From Candidatus Eiseniibacteriota bacterium (GTDB lineage Bacteria; Eisenbacteria; RBG-16-71-46; CAIMUX01; VGJL01): a DNA stretch of 64,000 nucleotides. The notes below the pieces were generated by a model that ran no database searches, was not told the origin of the DNA, and saw only the letters and a list, made by a program, of their open reading frames with translations. The stretch lies in assembly GCA_963792585.1 (NCBI GenBank), contig CAWBWI010000006.1, positions 160,001 through 224,000 of the forward strand, in the 5' to 3' direction. The translations under genes and the position numbers were made by a program. Shown here piece by piece: positions 21,762 to 33,068 of this stretch. Each line of letters starts with the position of its first letter. Within the stretch, counting starts at the first letter, position 1.

Positions 21762-22631
21762 ATGATGATGGAATCGATTCCGAACAAGCAGGGCTTGTCT
21801 CAACATCTACTCTCCGTGGATGTGGATGATCTTCTGATTGCCAATGCAGACTTCTATGGTGAGTCGGTGGAATCCGGCTATGTGTCCCACATCGAAGAGG
21901 AGGTCGCATCCGCCCTCGAAGTTCTGGGCGAGACCCCTGCCCGAGCGACATTCTTCGTCAACGGACAGTACTGCCATCGACTGACGGATCTTCTGAAGGA
22001 GATCGTCGCCAAGGGGCATGTCATCGCATCGCACGGTTTCAGACACCAAAACGTGACAAGCCTCTCCCTGGACGAGTTCGAGAGGGATCTATGCCTGTCC
22101 CTCGATCAGCTGACCCGAATCCAGCCGCAGGTCCTTGGCTACAGGCCCCCGGCATTCTCCATGCCATATGACGACGATCACCTGGGCGTGCTCGTCAAAC
22201 ACGGTATCCGCTATGTTTCCTCGGGAGTCGGTGTCGCACGCTCCGATGCTCCCCGCCTGAACACACCCGTGGAGGTCCGCGCTGGACTCCTGCACGTACC
22301 CATTTCGACCGCGCATGCCCTTGGTGGACGCCTCAAGTATCCGATCGGGTACGGCATCACATCGAGGCTCATGCCCGAGGCGATCTATCGACTGACCATG
22401 CGGGAGTGGCTAAGGAAGAACTCATACTTCCATTGGTACTGCCACTCGTTTGAGTTGAGTGGGCTCTCACGCGGGTTCCGGATACCTTATCGTGGGTTCT
22501 TTGCCAAGCTAACCACATCGATCTATGCCACCCGGTGCCGCAATCGGGGCACGTATCTCGCGTCCTTGCTCAGGAGCGCAAATTTCCGCTCCATCGAGTC
22601 GAACTTGTTCAACGGCGGCCAATCCCTCTAG
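21762..22631 (+). CDS. Polysaccharide deacetylase (CE4/NodB-like)
   Basis: Motifs LSVDVDD, ATFFV, HVIASHGFRH, GYRPPAFS and WYCHSFE. Confidence 0.8.
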   Translation: MMMESIPNKQGLSQHLLSVDVDDLLIANADFYGESVESGYVSHIEEEVASALEVLGETPARATFFVNGQYCHRLTDLLKEIVAKGHVIASHGFRHQNVTSLSLDEFERDLCLSLDQLTRIQPQVLGYRPPAFSMPYDDDHLGVLVKHGIRYVSSGVGVARSDAPRLNTPVEVRAGLLHVPISTAHALGGRLKYPIGYGITSRLMPEAIYRLTMREWLRKNSYFHWYCHSFELSGLSRGFRIPYRGFFAKLTTSIYATRCRNRGTYLASLLRSANFRSIESNLFNGGQSL

Positions 22632-22656
22632 AGATCCCGGGGAGGAGTTATCGAGC

Positions 22657-23655
22657 ATGACAGCGACTACTCCTCAGGTTCAGGCATCATCCTTCACGTA
22701 TGAGAAGTTCGACCCTCGTCACTACGACCTTTTCACTCGAACGTGGGGAGGCTACGTCGCCAAAGGGACCGCAAAACCCCTCCGCCTTGAGCAACTCAAA
22801 CTTCTCTACGAAGCAAACCCGGCAGGAAGCTCCGTAATCACGACAATCGAGGAAGACGGGGTTTGGATCGGCGCAATATCCGCCATCGCGACCAACATCC
22901 TCAGGCCCGATGGCGGGACTACGAAGGGTTACCAGATTGGTGATTTCATGGTGGACCCGAGGTATCAAGGGCGCGGATTTGGCGGCAAGCTTCTTCGAGA
23001 CTTGACGCGGTCCCTGCTCGGGATGCGGGTTGCGGTGTACACCTTTCCAAACACGCGATCGGTCGGGGTTTTTCTTAAACAATCCTATCTTGAACTGAAG
23101 TGGATTCCGGCCGTCACATATCCGCTCTTCCTGTCCCAGGTTGTCGACAGGATGAGCTCGAAGTCCAAAGTGCGGGACATCCCGATCGACACCGCGTGCC
23201 ATCTTGCGGACGAATTGATTCGCAAGTCACGTCCGAATGCGATCATCGAGAAGTCCGGGGCGTACATGCGATGGCGATACGCACTGATGCGCGATGCTGC
23301 CGACTATACCTTCACCTTCGTTGAACCGAAGGGGGACGGAGCCCGATCGCTCCTCGTTTGGACCCTCTTCCGTTACAGGAGCATTCCGGTTCAGGTCGTC
23401 GTGGACGTTCTCTCTGAAGGGGGAGCCTGTCCCCCGTTGCGCGAGATTGGACCCTCCGGATTGAGCCAGGGGGGGTGGATCGGAATCAACAACGTGGAGC
23501 GGCGGCCCGGGTGGAAGCTGCCTCCCTTCGCCATCAGGATCCCAATGCGCTACGATCCACGGCCCGGGCGGCTTCTCGTCCCACCTGACGATCCGGATTC
23601 GAGAGACTTGTTCTCCCCCTGTCACTTCACGACCGGCGACTGGATGGGCTTCTAG
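22657..23655 (+). CDS. GNAT-family N-acetyltransferase
   Basis: GGAGGAG RBS, acetyl-CoA motif DFMVDPRYQGRGFGGKL, YTFPN and a second-half YMRWRY motif. Confidence 0.8.
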   Translation: MTATTPQVQASSFTYEKFDPRHYDLFTRTWGGYVAKGTAKPLRLEQLKLLYEANPAGSSVITTIEEDGVWIGAISAIATNILRPDGGTTKGYQIGDFMVDPRYQGRGFGGKLLRDLTRSLLGMRVAVYTFPNTRSVGVFLKQSYLELKWIPAVTYPLFLSQVVDRMSSKSKVRDIPIDTACHLADELIRKSRPNAIIEKSGAYMRWRYALMRDAADYTFTFVEPKGDGARSLLVWTLFRYRSIPVQVVVDVLSEGGACPPLREIGPSGLSQGGWIGINNVERRPGWKLPPFAIRIPMRYDPRPGRLLVPPDDPDSRDLFSPCHFTTGDWMGF

Positions 23656-23795
23656 GACTCGATCCCATCGACCGCAGCCTCCCAGGGTTGCGCACTCGAC
23701 CCTTTGGATGCTAGTTTCTAATGTTTCGCCGTACCCATTCTTCTGAGGGGTTTTCAAAAGGGTCCTGCGCGATCCTGCGGGACCGGTGTGAGGTC

Positions 23796-25658
<1,863 letters not shown>

Positions 25659-25662
25659 AGCC

Positions 25663-26688
25663 ATGAGCGTCATTGCACAGCCGGGCGGATTGACGAAGAA
25701 GGATTTCCAGACCGACCAGGAAGTCCGGTGGTGTCCGGGATGCGGCGACTACGCGATCCTGAACGCCGTCCAGATGGTCTTCCCCGAACTGGGAATCCCG
25801 AAGGAGAACTTCGTTGTGGTGTCGGGGATCGGATGCTCGAGCCGCTTCCCCTACTACATGAATACCTTCGGATTCCATACGATTCACGGCCGCGCGCCGG
25901 CGATCGCAACCGGGATCAAGCTCGCGAACCCCGAACTCTCCGTCTGGATCGCGACGGGCGACGGCGACGCGCTCTCGATCGGCGGCAACCATTTGATCCA
26001 CGCGTTGCGCCGCAACATGGACCTGAAGATCCTGATGTTCAACAATCGGATCTACGGGCTGACGAAGGGGCAGTACTCGCCCACGAGCGAGCAGTTCAAG
26101 AAGACGAAATCGACGCCGTACGGTTCCCTCGATCGTCCCTTCGAGCCGCTCTCGCTGTCCCTCGGCGCGGGCGCGACCTTCGTCGCCCGATCGGTCGATG
26201 TCTTCGGCCAGCACCTGCGCGAGGTGCTCCGCCGCGCGGCCGCGCACAAGGGCAGCGCATTCATCGAGATCCTCCAGAACTGCAACATCTTCAACGACGG
26301 CGCCTGGGACCAGTGGACCGATCGCGAGGTTCGTGACGATCAGGTCGTCCAGATCGAGGACGGCAAGCCGCTCGTCTTCGGCAAGGGGCGCAACCGCGGA
26401 ATCCTTCGGGTCGAGAACGACCTGCGGGTGGTCGACCTCGGGGCCGACTACTCGGAGAAGGATCTGGTCGTCTACGACTCGCACAGGGCCGACCCCGCAC
26501 TGGCCTTCGAAATGGCGACAACCATGACCCGCTCCGGTTTTCCGCTCCCGATCGGGATCTTCCGCGACGTTGCCGTCCCCAGCTTCGAGGTTCTCGCGCA
26601 CGACCAGATGCGACAGATCAGGGAGAAGCAGGGGCCCGGTTCTCTCGAGTCGGTCATCTCGGCCGGAGAGACCTGGGAAGTTTCCTAG
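25663..26688 (+). CDS. korB: 2-oxoacid:ferredoxin oxidoreductase beta subunit
   Basis: Motifs WCPGCGD, SGIGCSSR, HGRA, TPP-binding GDGD...IGGNH...NN and YGLTKGQYSPT. Confidence 0.95.
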   Translation: MSVIAQPGGLTKKDFQTDQEVRWCPGCGDYAILNAVQMVFPELGIPKENFVVVSGIGCSSRFPYYMNTFGFHTIHGRAPAIATGIKLANPELSVWIATGDGDALSIGGNHLIHALRRNMDLKILMFNNRIYGLTKGQYSPTSEQFKKTKSTPYGSLDRPFEPLSLSLGAGATFVARSVDVFGQHLREVLRRAAAHKGSAFIEILQNCNIFNDGAWDQWTDREVRDDQVVQIEDGKPLVFGKGRNRGILRVENDLRVVDLGADYSEKDLVVYDSHRADPALAFEMATTMTRSGFPLPIGIFRDVAVPSFEVLAHDQMRQIREKQGPGSLESVISAGETWEVS

Positions 26689-26725
26689 ACGGTCGGTCGA
26701 CGGCCGACTTTCAGCCGCTCCCAGG

Positions 26726-26755
26726 AGGCGGATCCCGACCGGGGATCCGCCTTTT
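26726..26755 (+). terminator. Intrinsic terminator after korAB
   Basis: AGGCGGATCCC-GACCG-GGGATCCGCCT followed by TTT. Confidence 0.75.
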
Positions 26756-26912
26756 GCGCGCTCCACGAAAACCAGTCCAACCCTTCATCCGGAGTCAACG
26801 ATCTTTGTTCTCCCTTAACAGTCATCCGCTAGGGTCCGGAATCATTGGGTGCGTAGAACTCGAGACGAACCGTGTGTGGTTCACGGTTTCTTCACAAAGG
26901 GAGGGATATCCG

Positions 26913-28046
26913 ATGGTTTCCAGGAAGTTGACGGCCGCGATCTTCCTGCTTCTGACGGGGTGCGCGACTGCGTCCGCGTGGGCGGGCGAGCCGGTGGAGG
27001 GAAAGAACAACAAGGTGACCTTCGATGGTCTGGTCTGGGCGGGATACAAATACGTCCTCGAGGATGCGAGTCCCACGAACGAGCAAAAGGACTTCAATGC
27101 CTTCGCCCTCGACCGGGTTTACCTGACGCTGACGAGCCAACTGGCCGAGCGGTACACGGCGCGCGGTCGCGTCGAGATGGGAAACCTGAACGCCGGCACG
27201 CCGACGGCTTTCGTGAAGACCGCGGACATCCAGGTGGCCGATCCTTTGGGGGCCAAGGGGACGAAGCTGCGCTTCGGGCAGACCGAGGGAGTCGTCACCA
27301 ACTTGTACGAGAAGATGATGGGTTACCGGATCGTGAGCAAGGTTCCGACGGAACGCTACCTCGGGATCGGCTCGACGTACCTCGGGGCGGGGTGGGCCGG
27401 AAAGTGGGCGTCGGGCATGCTCGAGACCGACCTGCTTGTCGCCAACCGGGTGGCCTATGCGAACGACATCGCTGAGGGCGGAAAGGCCGACCCGAAATTC
27501 AAGACCTTGAGCGCCCGCGCCTATCTCCGCCCGATCAAGGAGGGCGCGGCGAAGGGTCTCGGTCTCGGCGGCTATGCTCAGTACGCCCCGCGAGCCATCC
27601 CGTCGGGTGACAACAACGATCTGTGGTTCGGCGGCCACGCTTACTTCGAGGCTTCGAGGGGGACCTTCGGGCTGGCCTACGACACAAAGAAGACGACGGC
27701 GGCAGGCGAAGATGTGACGGCTGCGGTCATCACCGGCACCGGGCGCTATGGCGTGTCCGACAAGGATGCGCTCTTCGCCCGCGTCGATCTCGTCGATTTC
27801 GACAAGGACCGCAGCGACGTCACCCTCGCGGAGGGCGCGAAGGTCTCCGACGCAATCGACAAGAAGCTCGCGCAGACCGTCGTGATGGCGGGTCTCGCCC
27901 ACTCGTACTCCAAGACGCTGCGGAGCATCGTCGATGTCTCGGCCCGCAGCTTCCAGGACAAGCTCTACGGCCCGTCTCCCGCGGGCGAGGAAATCAAACC
28001 GGACACCGAGTTCGTGATCACCGTGCGACTCGACGCGACGCTTTAG
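26913..28046 (+). CDS. Putative outer-membrane beta-barrel porin (OprO/OprP-like)
   Basis: GGAGG RBS and signal peptide ending ASAWA. FNAFALDRVYLT and LRFGQ motifs, alternating amphipathic strands and a C-terminal strand ITVRLDATL. Confidence 0.7.
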   Translation: MVSRKLTAAIFLLLTGCATASAWAGEPVEGKNNKVTFDGLVWAGYKYVLEDASPTNEQKDFNAFALDRVYLTLTSQLAERYTARGRVEMGNLNAGTPTAFVKTADIQVADPLGAKGTKLRFGQTEGVVTNLYEKMMGYRIVSKVPTERYLGIGSTYLGAGWAGKWASGMLETDLLVANRVAYANDIAEGGKADPKFKTLSARAYLRPIKEGAAKGLGLGGYAQYAPRAIPSGDNNDLWFGGHAYFEASRGTFGLAYDTKKTTAAGEDVTAAVITGTGRYGVSDKDALFARVDLVDFDKDRSDVTLAEGAKVSDAIDKKLAQTVVMAGLAHSYSKTLRSIVDVSARSFQDKLYGPSPAGEEIKPDTEFVITVRLDATL

Positions 28047-28065
28047 GGACGGAAGCAGAAGGTCG

Positions 28066-28099
28066 AAGGCCGGTCGCCCATCCATGGGCGACCGGCCTT
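28066..28099. terminator. Perfect hairpin between convergent genes (bidirectional terminator)
   Basis: AAGGCCGGTCGCCCAT-CC-ATGGGCGACCGGCCTT, a 16-bp perfect inverted repeat. Confidence 0.75.
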
Positions 28100-28122
28100 G
28101 CTGCAGACAGCTGCCTGCCTGA

Positions 28123-28665
28123 CTAGTTGTTCGGGAACAGGTAGAAGTGGAAGCCGAGGCTGGAGATACCGAATGCCTCGGAGCCCAGGGTCGTCGAGCT
28201 GTCCGAGCCCTTGGTGCCCGGGTCATAGCTCTGGAAAGCGATGCCGTGGGCGACCTGCAGGCTGAAGCGGTTGGAGAAGAAGTGCTCCACACCGAGGGAG
28301 CCGCGAATCCGGATCGTCGTCGAGCTGTCGTCGGCGTTGACCGGATCATTGGCAAACTCGAAGCCCGGGCGGATGAAGAAGAAGGTGTTGTCATCGCTCG
28401 CGACGACAAACGGAACGCCCGCCTCGAAGGTGAAGCCGGTCTTCGTCTCGGTGTTGCCCTCGAGGTCCGTGACGATTTCCCGCTGCGAGAAGCCGATGCC
28501 GATGTCGAGAGCGGCCTTCGGCGTGAGCCAGTAGCGGATGCCGACCGGAGCGTCCGGCGTGAAATAGCCCGGCCCCCACATGCCCTTCATGTCCTTGGCG
28601 GCCGCCGGGCCGACGAGCGCCAGCGCGAGGGCCAAAACGCTGAGTACGAGAACTGCCTTCTTCAT
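28123..28665 (-). CDS. Small outer-membrane beta-barrel protein (8-stranded OMP-like)
   Basis: GGAGGAG RBS and signal peptide MKKAVLVL...AAA. Strands GIRYWLT and LGVEHFF, with C-terminal LGFHFYLF. Confidence 0.8.
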   Translation of the reverse strand: MKKAVLVLSVLALALALVGPAAAKDMKGMWGPGYFTPDAPVGIRYWLTPKAALDIGIGFSQREIVTDLEGNTETKTGFTFEAGVPFVVASDDNTFFFIRPGFEFANDPVNADDSSTTIRIRGSLGVEHFFSNRFSLQVAHGIAFQSYDPGTKGSDSSTTLGSEAFGISSLGFHFYLFPNN

Positions 28666-28798
28666 CGATCTCCTCCGTGGTTGGAGCGGCCCAGACTCCG
28701 AGCCGGACCGCCTGCTCTTGCAGATGCCGAATTGCCTCTGCATCCTCTTTCGAACCGCACAGATCCCCCTCCAGACTTCGAAGGGCAAAATCGGATCT

Positions 28799-28826
28799 AA
28801 CCTAGTGAAACGGTGGACGAAGTCAA
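28799..28826 (-). promoter_or_regulatory. Candidate sigma70 promoter for the small OMP gene
   Basis: Minus strand reads TTGACT-N16-TAGGTT, with an AT-rich tract just upstream (28845-28880). Confidence 0.4.
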
Positions 28827-28861
28827 GAGTTACCTATCGCTGGGGTTCTATATATTCATCA

Positions 28862-30007
28862 CTATTGACTAAATATTGGATGAGGTCGGGACCGCCTCGT
28901 CCCTTCGAGGGCTTCCCCGTACAGCCGTAGAACCTGATCCGCAACCGCCGGCCAGGCGAAACGCGCGGCGTGCGCTCGCGCCTGCGTTCGGAATGGAGCC
29001 CGCGGAATCAGATCGACGACTTCGACGAGGCGGTCGGCCAGCGCGCGCGCATCTCCCGGGGGAAAGAGACGAGCGCTGCCGCACGACGCCAGGACCTCGC
29101 AGAACCCGTCGATCGCCGAGGCGACCACCGGCAGACCGCTCGCGAGCGCCTCGATCAGGACGATCCCGAAAGACTCCCCGTAGAGCGCGGGGGCGATCAG
29201 GAGATCGGCGGCCTGATAGAACCCGGCGATCTCCTCCGGCCTCACGGCTCCCGCCCACTCGATGTCGATTCCGGCTCGGGCGGCGCGATGAAGAAAACGG
29301 TGCCGCATCGACCCATCTCCGACAACGATGAGGCGCGGTCGGGTGCCGAGCCGCGGCTCTGCGAGTCGGATCCCATCCACGAGGACCTCAAGGCCCTTGC
29401 GGGGTTCGAAACGTCCGACGAACAGGAAGGTGGGCCGCCCGGCGAGGGGAGCGCGGCCGTTCGGACAGAATCGATCCAGGTCGACCCCGTTGGGGACGAT
29501 CCGGTAGTCGCCGGGGAAATGGCGGCCCGCATAGGCCGCGGCACTCCGGGAGACGGCCGTGCGCACGGCAAGCCGTCTCGCCAGCGGCGCGAGCGCGGGG
29601 CCGAAGAGGCGATAGCCCCACGGGACCGAGCCCGCGTTGTGGAAGGTGCCGACGCACGGCGCCCGCGCCTCCCGAAGGACGGCCCACGGCAGGAACGGCT
29701 CGAGCGGGGAGTGGATGTGGATGATGTCGTAGCCGTCCCGCACCACGCGCCGCACCGCCCTTCGGTAGGCGGGATGCAGCGCGATCGCTGCGCTCGATCC
29801 GTTCGACGGCACGCGGAATCGCCGGCCGATCCGGAGGACCTCCAGACCCGGCAACTCCCCGTCCTCAGGGGCCGGGCCCGATGTGAGGACCCGAACTTCG
29901 TGGCCGCCGGCGCGAAGCGCCAGCCCGAGATGCCGGACATGCTCCCCGATCCCGCCGTAGACCGGGTGGTAGGACTGCGTGACGAGGAGGACGCGCAGCC
30001 GCCTCAC
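28862..30007 (-). CDS. GT4 glycosyltransferase, PimA-like
   Basis: Motifs GGIGEHV, VPSNGS, HIHSP, VGTFH, PNGVD, FVGRFEPRKG and GESFGIVLIEALASG. The GTG start overlaps the upstream stop. Confidence 0.85.
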   Translation of the reverse strand: MRRLRVLLVTQSYHPVYGGIGEHVRHLGLALRAGGHEVRVLTSGPAPEDGELPGLEVLRIGRRFRVPSNGSSAAIALHPAYRRAVRRVVRDGYDIIHIHSPLEPFLPWAVLREARAPCVGTFHNAGSVPWGYRLFGPALAPLARRLAVRTAVSRSAAAYAGRHFPGDYRIVPNGVDLDRFCPNGRAPLAGRPTFLFVGRFEPRKGLEVLVDGIRLAEPRLGTRPRLIVVGDGSMRHRFLHRAARAGIDIEWAGAVRPEEIAGFYQAADLLIAPALYGESFGIVLIEALASGLPVVASAIDGFCEVLASCGSARLFPPGDARALADRLVEVVDLIPRAPFRTQARAHAARFAWPAVADQVLRLYGEALEGTRRSRPHPIFSQ

Positions 30008-30789
30008 GCGCTCCCCCACAACGGCCTGAAGAGGGTCCATTGCTCGGGGCGTTCCCGCACGAGATCCCGCAGGAGCCTCTCGAGATCCTCCGCACGCGGG
30101 GCGATCGTTCCCCCGCCGCAGGGGGGGCGGAACTCCACCACGAATCGCCCTACCCCTTCGCGCAGGCAGACCGCCGGCAGGATCGTTGCCCCGGTTCGGC
30201 GCGCGAGCGACGCGATGCCGCGCGTGGCGGGTCCGGGGAGCGCATGCTGATCGCCGTCGAGGTGGAGTCCCACGATGCCCCCTGCCCGAAGAATGCGCGT
30301 GAACCGCGCGACGACGCGCCCGCGCGGGTGGATACGCAGGCCGGCGCCCCGGAGCGCAAGCCGCCAGGAACCGGTCAGTCTGCGCGCGAGTTGAATGCCC
30401 GCGATCGAATGGACCGGCTGGCCGCTGCGCGAGGCGACGAACTGCGCGCCCAGGTGCCAGTTGCCTACGTGCGCCGTCACCAGGAGCACGCCGCGACCAA
30501 GGGCGAGGGCCCCATCGAGCCGCTCGGTCCCCGCTGCGCGAATCTCGAAGCGGCGCCCCCCCAGCATCGCGAGCGATTCGTAGAGCATCATCAAGTGATG
30601 ATAGGCAGGGCCATCGGCCGGAGAGCGGCCGGATGGAACCGCGATCTCCGCCTCACGTAGATTCGCCGCCCAGGAGCGACCACGTCCTCGAGCGAAGAGG
30701 TTCAGAATGGGCGAGGCAGTCCCCGCCGCCGCCCCGGCGGCGCGCGGCGGAACTCGTGCGATGAGACGGGAAACATCGGCAAGGCGCAT
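30004..30789 (-). CDS. LpxL/PatA-family lipid acyltransferase
   Basis: GRGVLLVTAHVGNW acyltransferase motif, GIVGLHLDGD, LARRTGATILP and VRERPEQW. The start is uncertain (30789 or 30876). Confidence 0.75.
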   Translation of the reverse strand: MRLADVSRLIARVPPRAAGAAAGTASPILNLFARGRGRSWAANLREAEIAVPSGRSPADGPAYHHLMMLYESLAMLGGRRFEIRAAGTERLDGALALGRGVLLVTAHVGNWHLGAQFVASRSGQPVHSIAGIQLARRLTGSWRLALRGAGLRIHPRGRVVARFTRILRAGGIVGLHLDGDQHALPGPATRGIASLARRTGATILPAVCLREGVGRFVVEFRPPCGGGTIAPRAEDLERLLRDLVRERPEQWTLFRPLWGSA

Positions 30790-30854
30790 CGCGGCATTTT
30801 GCGCGCATCGGGCCTCTCCTTGCCAGAAGCTTCTCTGCGGCGGATGATCCATCC

Positions 30855-31943
30855 ATGGGTGACCGAATCGCCGCATGGGCCGCGGTTTTCCTCCTCCTCG
30901 CCGTGGGCGCCGCCGCGCAGTCCCCGGCCGGGCTGGGGCATCCCCAACTCGCCGAGAGCCTCCCCCGCCCCACGGATCCCGCCCGTGCCGCCGTGTGGAC
31001 CCCCGATCCGGGAAGCTGGGTGACCCTCGAGCGTCAGGCGATCCATGGCGCGAAGGGGTGGGATTGGCTGATCGAGTCGGGACGACGTCGGTTGGGCAGT
31101 CTCACCGGCGAGCGGAGCGCGGTCGAGGTCGATCTCCCGCGCATCGTCATCGGACGCATCGAACGCGGCGAGACGACGCTCGTCTGCGTCCTCCTGCCGG
31201 ACGGAAACCGCGATCTCATCCTCCGCCCACCCGGCAGCGGCGATGAGTCGGCCCAGCCGTCGGAAGCGACCGAGGACGCGTACGGCCGCTGGCCCAATCC
31301 GTGCAGCTTCGCGATCCATGACGCCTCCGGAAACCTGGATCTCGATGACGACGGAACGCCCGAGATCGCGATCCGACGCTTCTGCAGCTGCGCTTCGGTC
31401 CCCTGCTCGGGGATCGTCTTCATCGAGCTGGACCCGAAGGAACCCCGATTGCTCGACATCCCTTCGATCATCGGGAATGCAGACGTCGGATCCATTACGA
31501 TTCGCGAGACCGATGGGAGGAAGGATCCGGCGCGGCCGATCCTGACCATCGCTCCCGACCTGCTCGAAGGGTGCCGCTTCATTGCCATGGCGGGAGTGCG
31601 CGGCGCCAGCGAGTGCGACCATTGCTGCGTCATCCCGGTCCTCGCCGGGCCGCTGAGGGGGGGCTACGCGCTCTTCTACGACCCCGACCGGCAGAAGGAA
31701 CAGCTCAGACAGGCGCAGAAGGACATCGGCTACGTCTCCGCGGGGGCGCCGGGTCCGTTGCGGTCGAACGAAGAAGCGCAGATTGCGCGGGCCGCTTCGT
31801 TCTATTATCTGACAGGGTTGGGTTCGAAAACGCGAGACCTCCTGACCGACGAACTGGGCGCGCGCGGGCGCGATCCCCGCGCCCTCGAATTGCTGGAGCG
31901 TCTCGATGAGATCTTCCTGGGCGCGTCGCGCGGGAGTCGTTAG
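30855..31943 (+). CDS. Secreted Cys-rich hypothetical protein
   Basis: Signal peptide (...AVGAAAQ), a DxDxDG Ca-binding-like loop DLDDDGTPE, and Cys clusters FCSCASVPC and ECDHCC. Confidence 0.6.
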   Translation: MGDRIAAWAAVFLLLAVGAAAQSPAGLGHPQLAESLPRPTDPARAAVWTPDPGSWVTLERQAIHGAKGWDWLIESGRRRLGSLTGERSAVEVDLPRIVIGRIERGETTLVCVLLPDGNRDLILRPPGSGDESAQPSEATEDAYGRWPNPCSFAIHDASGNLDLDDDGTPEIAIRRFCSCASVPCSGIVFIELDPKEPRLLDIPSIIGNADVGSITIRETDGRKDPARPILTIAPDLLEGCRFIAMAGVRGASECDHCCVIPVLAGPLRGGYALFYDPDRQKEQLRQAQKDIGYVSAGAPGPLRSNEEAQIARAASFYYLTGLGSKTRDLLTDELGARGRDPRALELLERLDEIFLGASRGSR

Positions 31944-31981
31944 GGCTCGGAAGTCGTTAGGACCCGGAAGTCGTTAGGAAG
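31931..31981. repeat. 17-bp tandem repeat x3 immediately upstream of selD
   Basis: CGGGAGTCGTTAGGGCT / CGGAAGTCGTTAGGACC / CGGAAGTCGTTAGGAAG. Confidence 0.85.
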
Positions 31982-31991
31982 GGAGAGTGCC

Positions 31992-33041
31992 TTGAGCGAG
32001 GAGCAGCAGAAGCGGCTCACCGAAATGGCCGCCTGCGCGGGCTGAGCTGCGAAGATCGCTCCAGGGGACCTGGAGCAGGTACTCGCGACCCTGCCACGCA
32101 CGAAGAACCCTGATCTCCTCGTGGGGACCGAAACCCACGACGATGCGGGAGTTTTTCGTCTCTCGCCGGAACTTGCGTTGATCCAGACCGTCGACTACTT
32201 CACCGCAATCGTCGACGACCCATACACCTTTGGTGCGATCGCGGCGGCCAATGCCCTGTCCGACGTCTACGCCATGGGTGGCGTGCCGCGGACGGCCCTG
32301 AACATCGTCGGTTGGCCCCAGGGACAGCTCCCGTGGGAGGTCCTCGGGCAGATCCTCCGTGGCGGCTACGACGTCGTCCACGAATCGGGCGCCGTCCTCG
32401 CGGGCGGCCACTCGGTGAAGTCTCCTGAGCTCTTCTACGGACTCTCGGTAACCGGGACGATCCATCCCGATCGGATCGTTACGAATGCGGGGGCCAAGGT
32501 CGGCGATCTGCTTTTCCTGACGAAGCCGCTCGGCACGGGAATCCTCTCGACGGCCCTGAAGAAGGGCACGCTCGAGCCCGAACTCCTGACCATCGCCACG
32601 GCGACGATGCGCCGGCTCAACGCGGGCGGCGCGCGCGCGATGGTGTCGGTCGGCGTGAGCGCCGCGACCGACGTCACCGGCTTCGGATTCCTCGGCCACC
32701 TCCTCGAGATGGCCCGCGGGGCGGGCGTGACGGTCGAGATCGACGCGGCTCATGTTCCCGCGCTCCCGGGCGCGCTCGAACACGCCCGTGCGGGTGACAA
32801 ACCGGGTGGGCTCACATCGAACCGGCGTTACGTCGAATCGAGTATCCAGGTCGACGGCGGAGTCGATCCGGCCGTCCTCGACCTGCTCTTCGACCCGCAG
32901 ACTTCGGGCGGTCTGCTCATCTCCGTCCCCGAAGCGAAGGCCGATCTGCTCTCCGCCGCCCTGCTCAAGGAGGGGATCGCCGATGCCGCACGGGTCGGGA
33001 GGATTTCCGGTACCGGCCCCGGCTCCATTCGGGTCCGGTGA
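31992..33041 (+). CDS. selD: Selenide, water dikinase SelD (selenocysteine-containing, TGA at 32043-32045)
   Basis: TTG start after an AGGGAG RBS gives ...RLTEMAACAG-U-AAKIAPGDL, in frame with the 32121 ORF (DDAGV, QTVDYFT, ANALSDVYAMGG, GGHS, LTKPLGTG, TDVTGFGFLGH, DPQTSGGLL). Confidence 0.95.
32058..32076 (+). promoter_or_regulatory. Bacterial SECIS element of selD
   Basis: GCTCCAGG-GGA-CCTGGAGC, a perfect 8-bp stem starting 12 nt after the in-frame TGA, with a G-starting apical loop. Confidence 0.8.
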
Positions 33042-33068
33042 GTCTTCATCCGAACCCAGCGAGGAACC

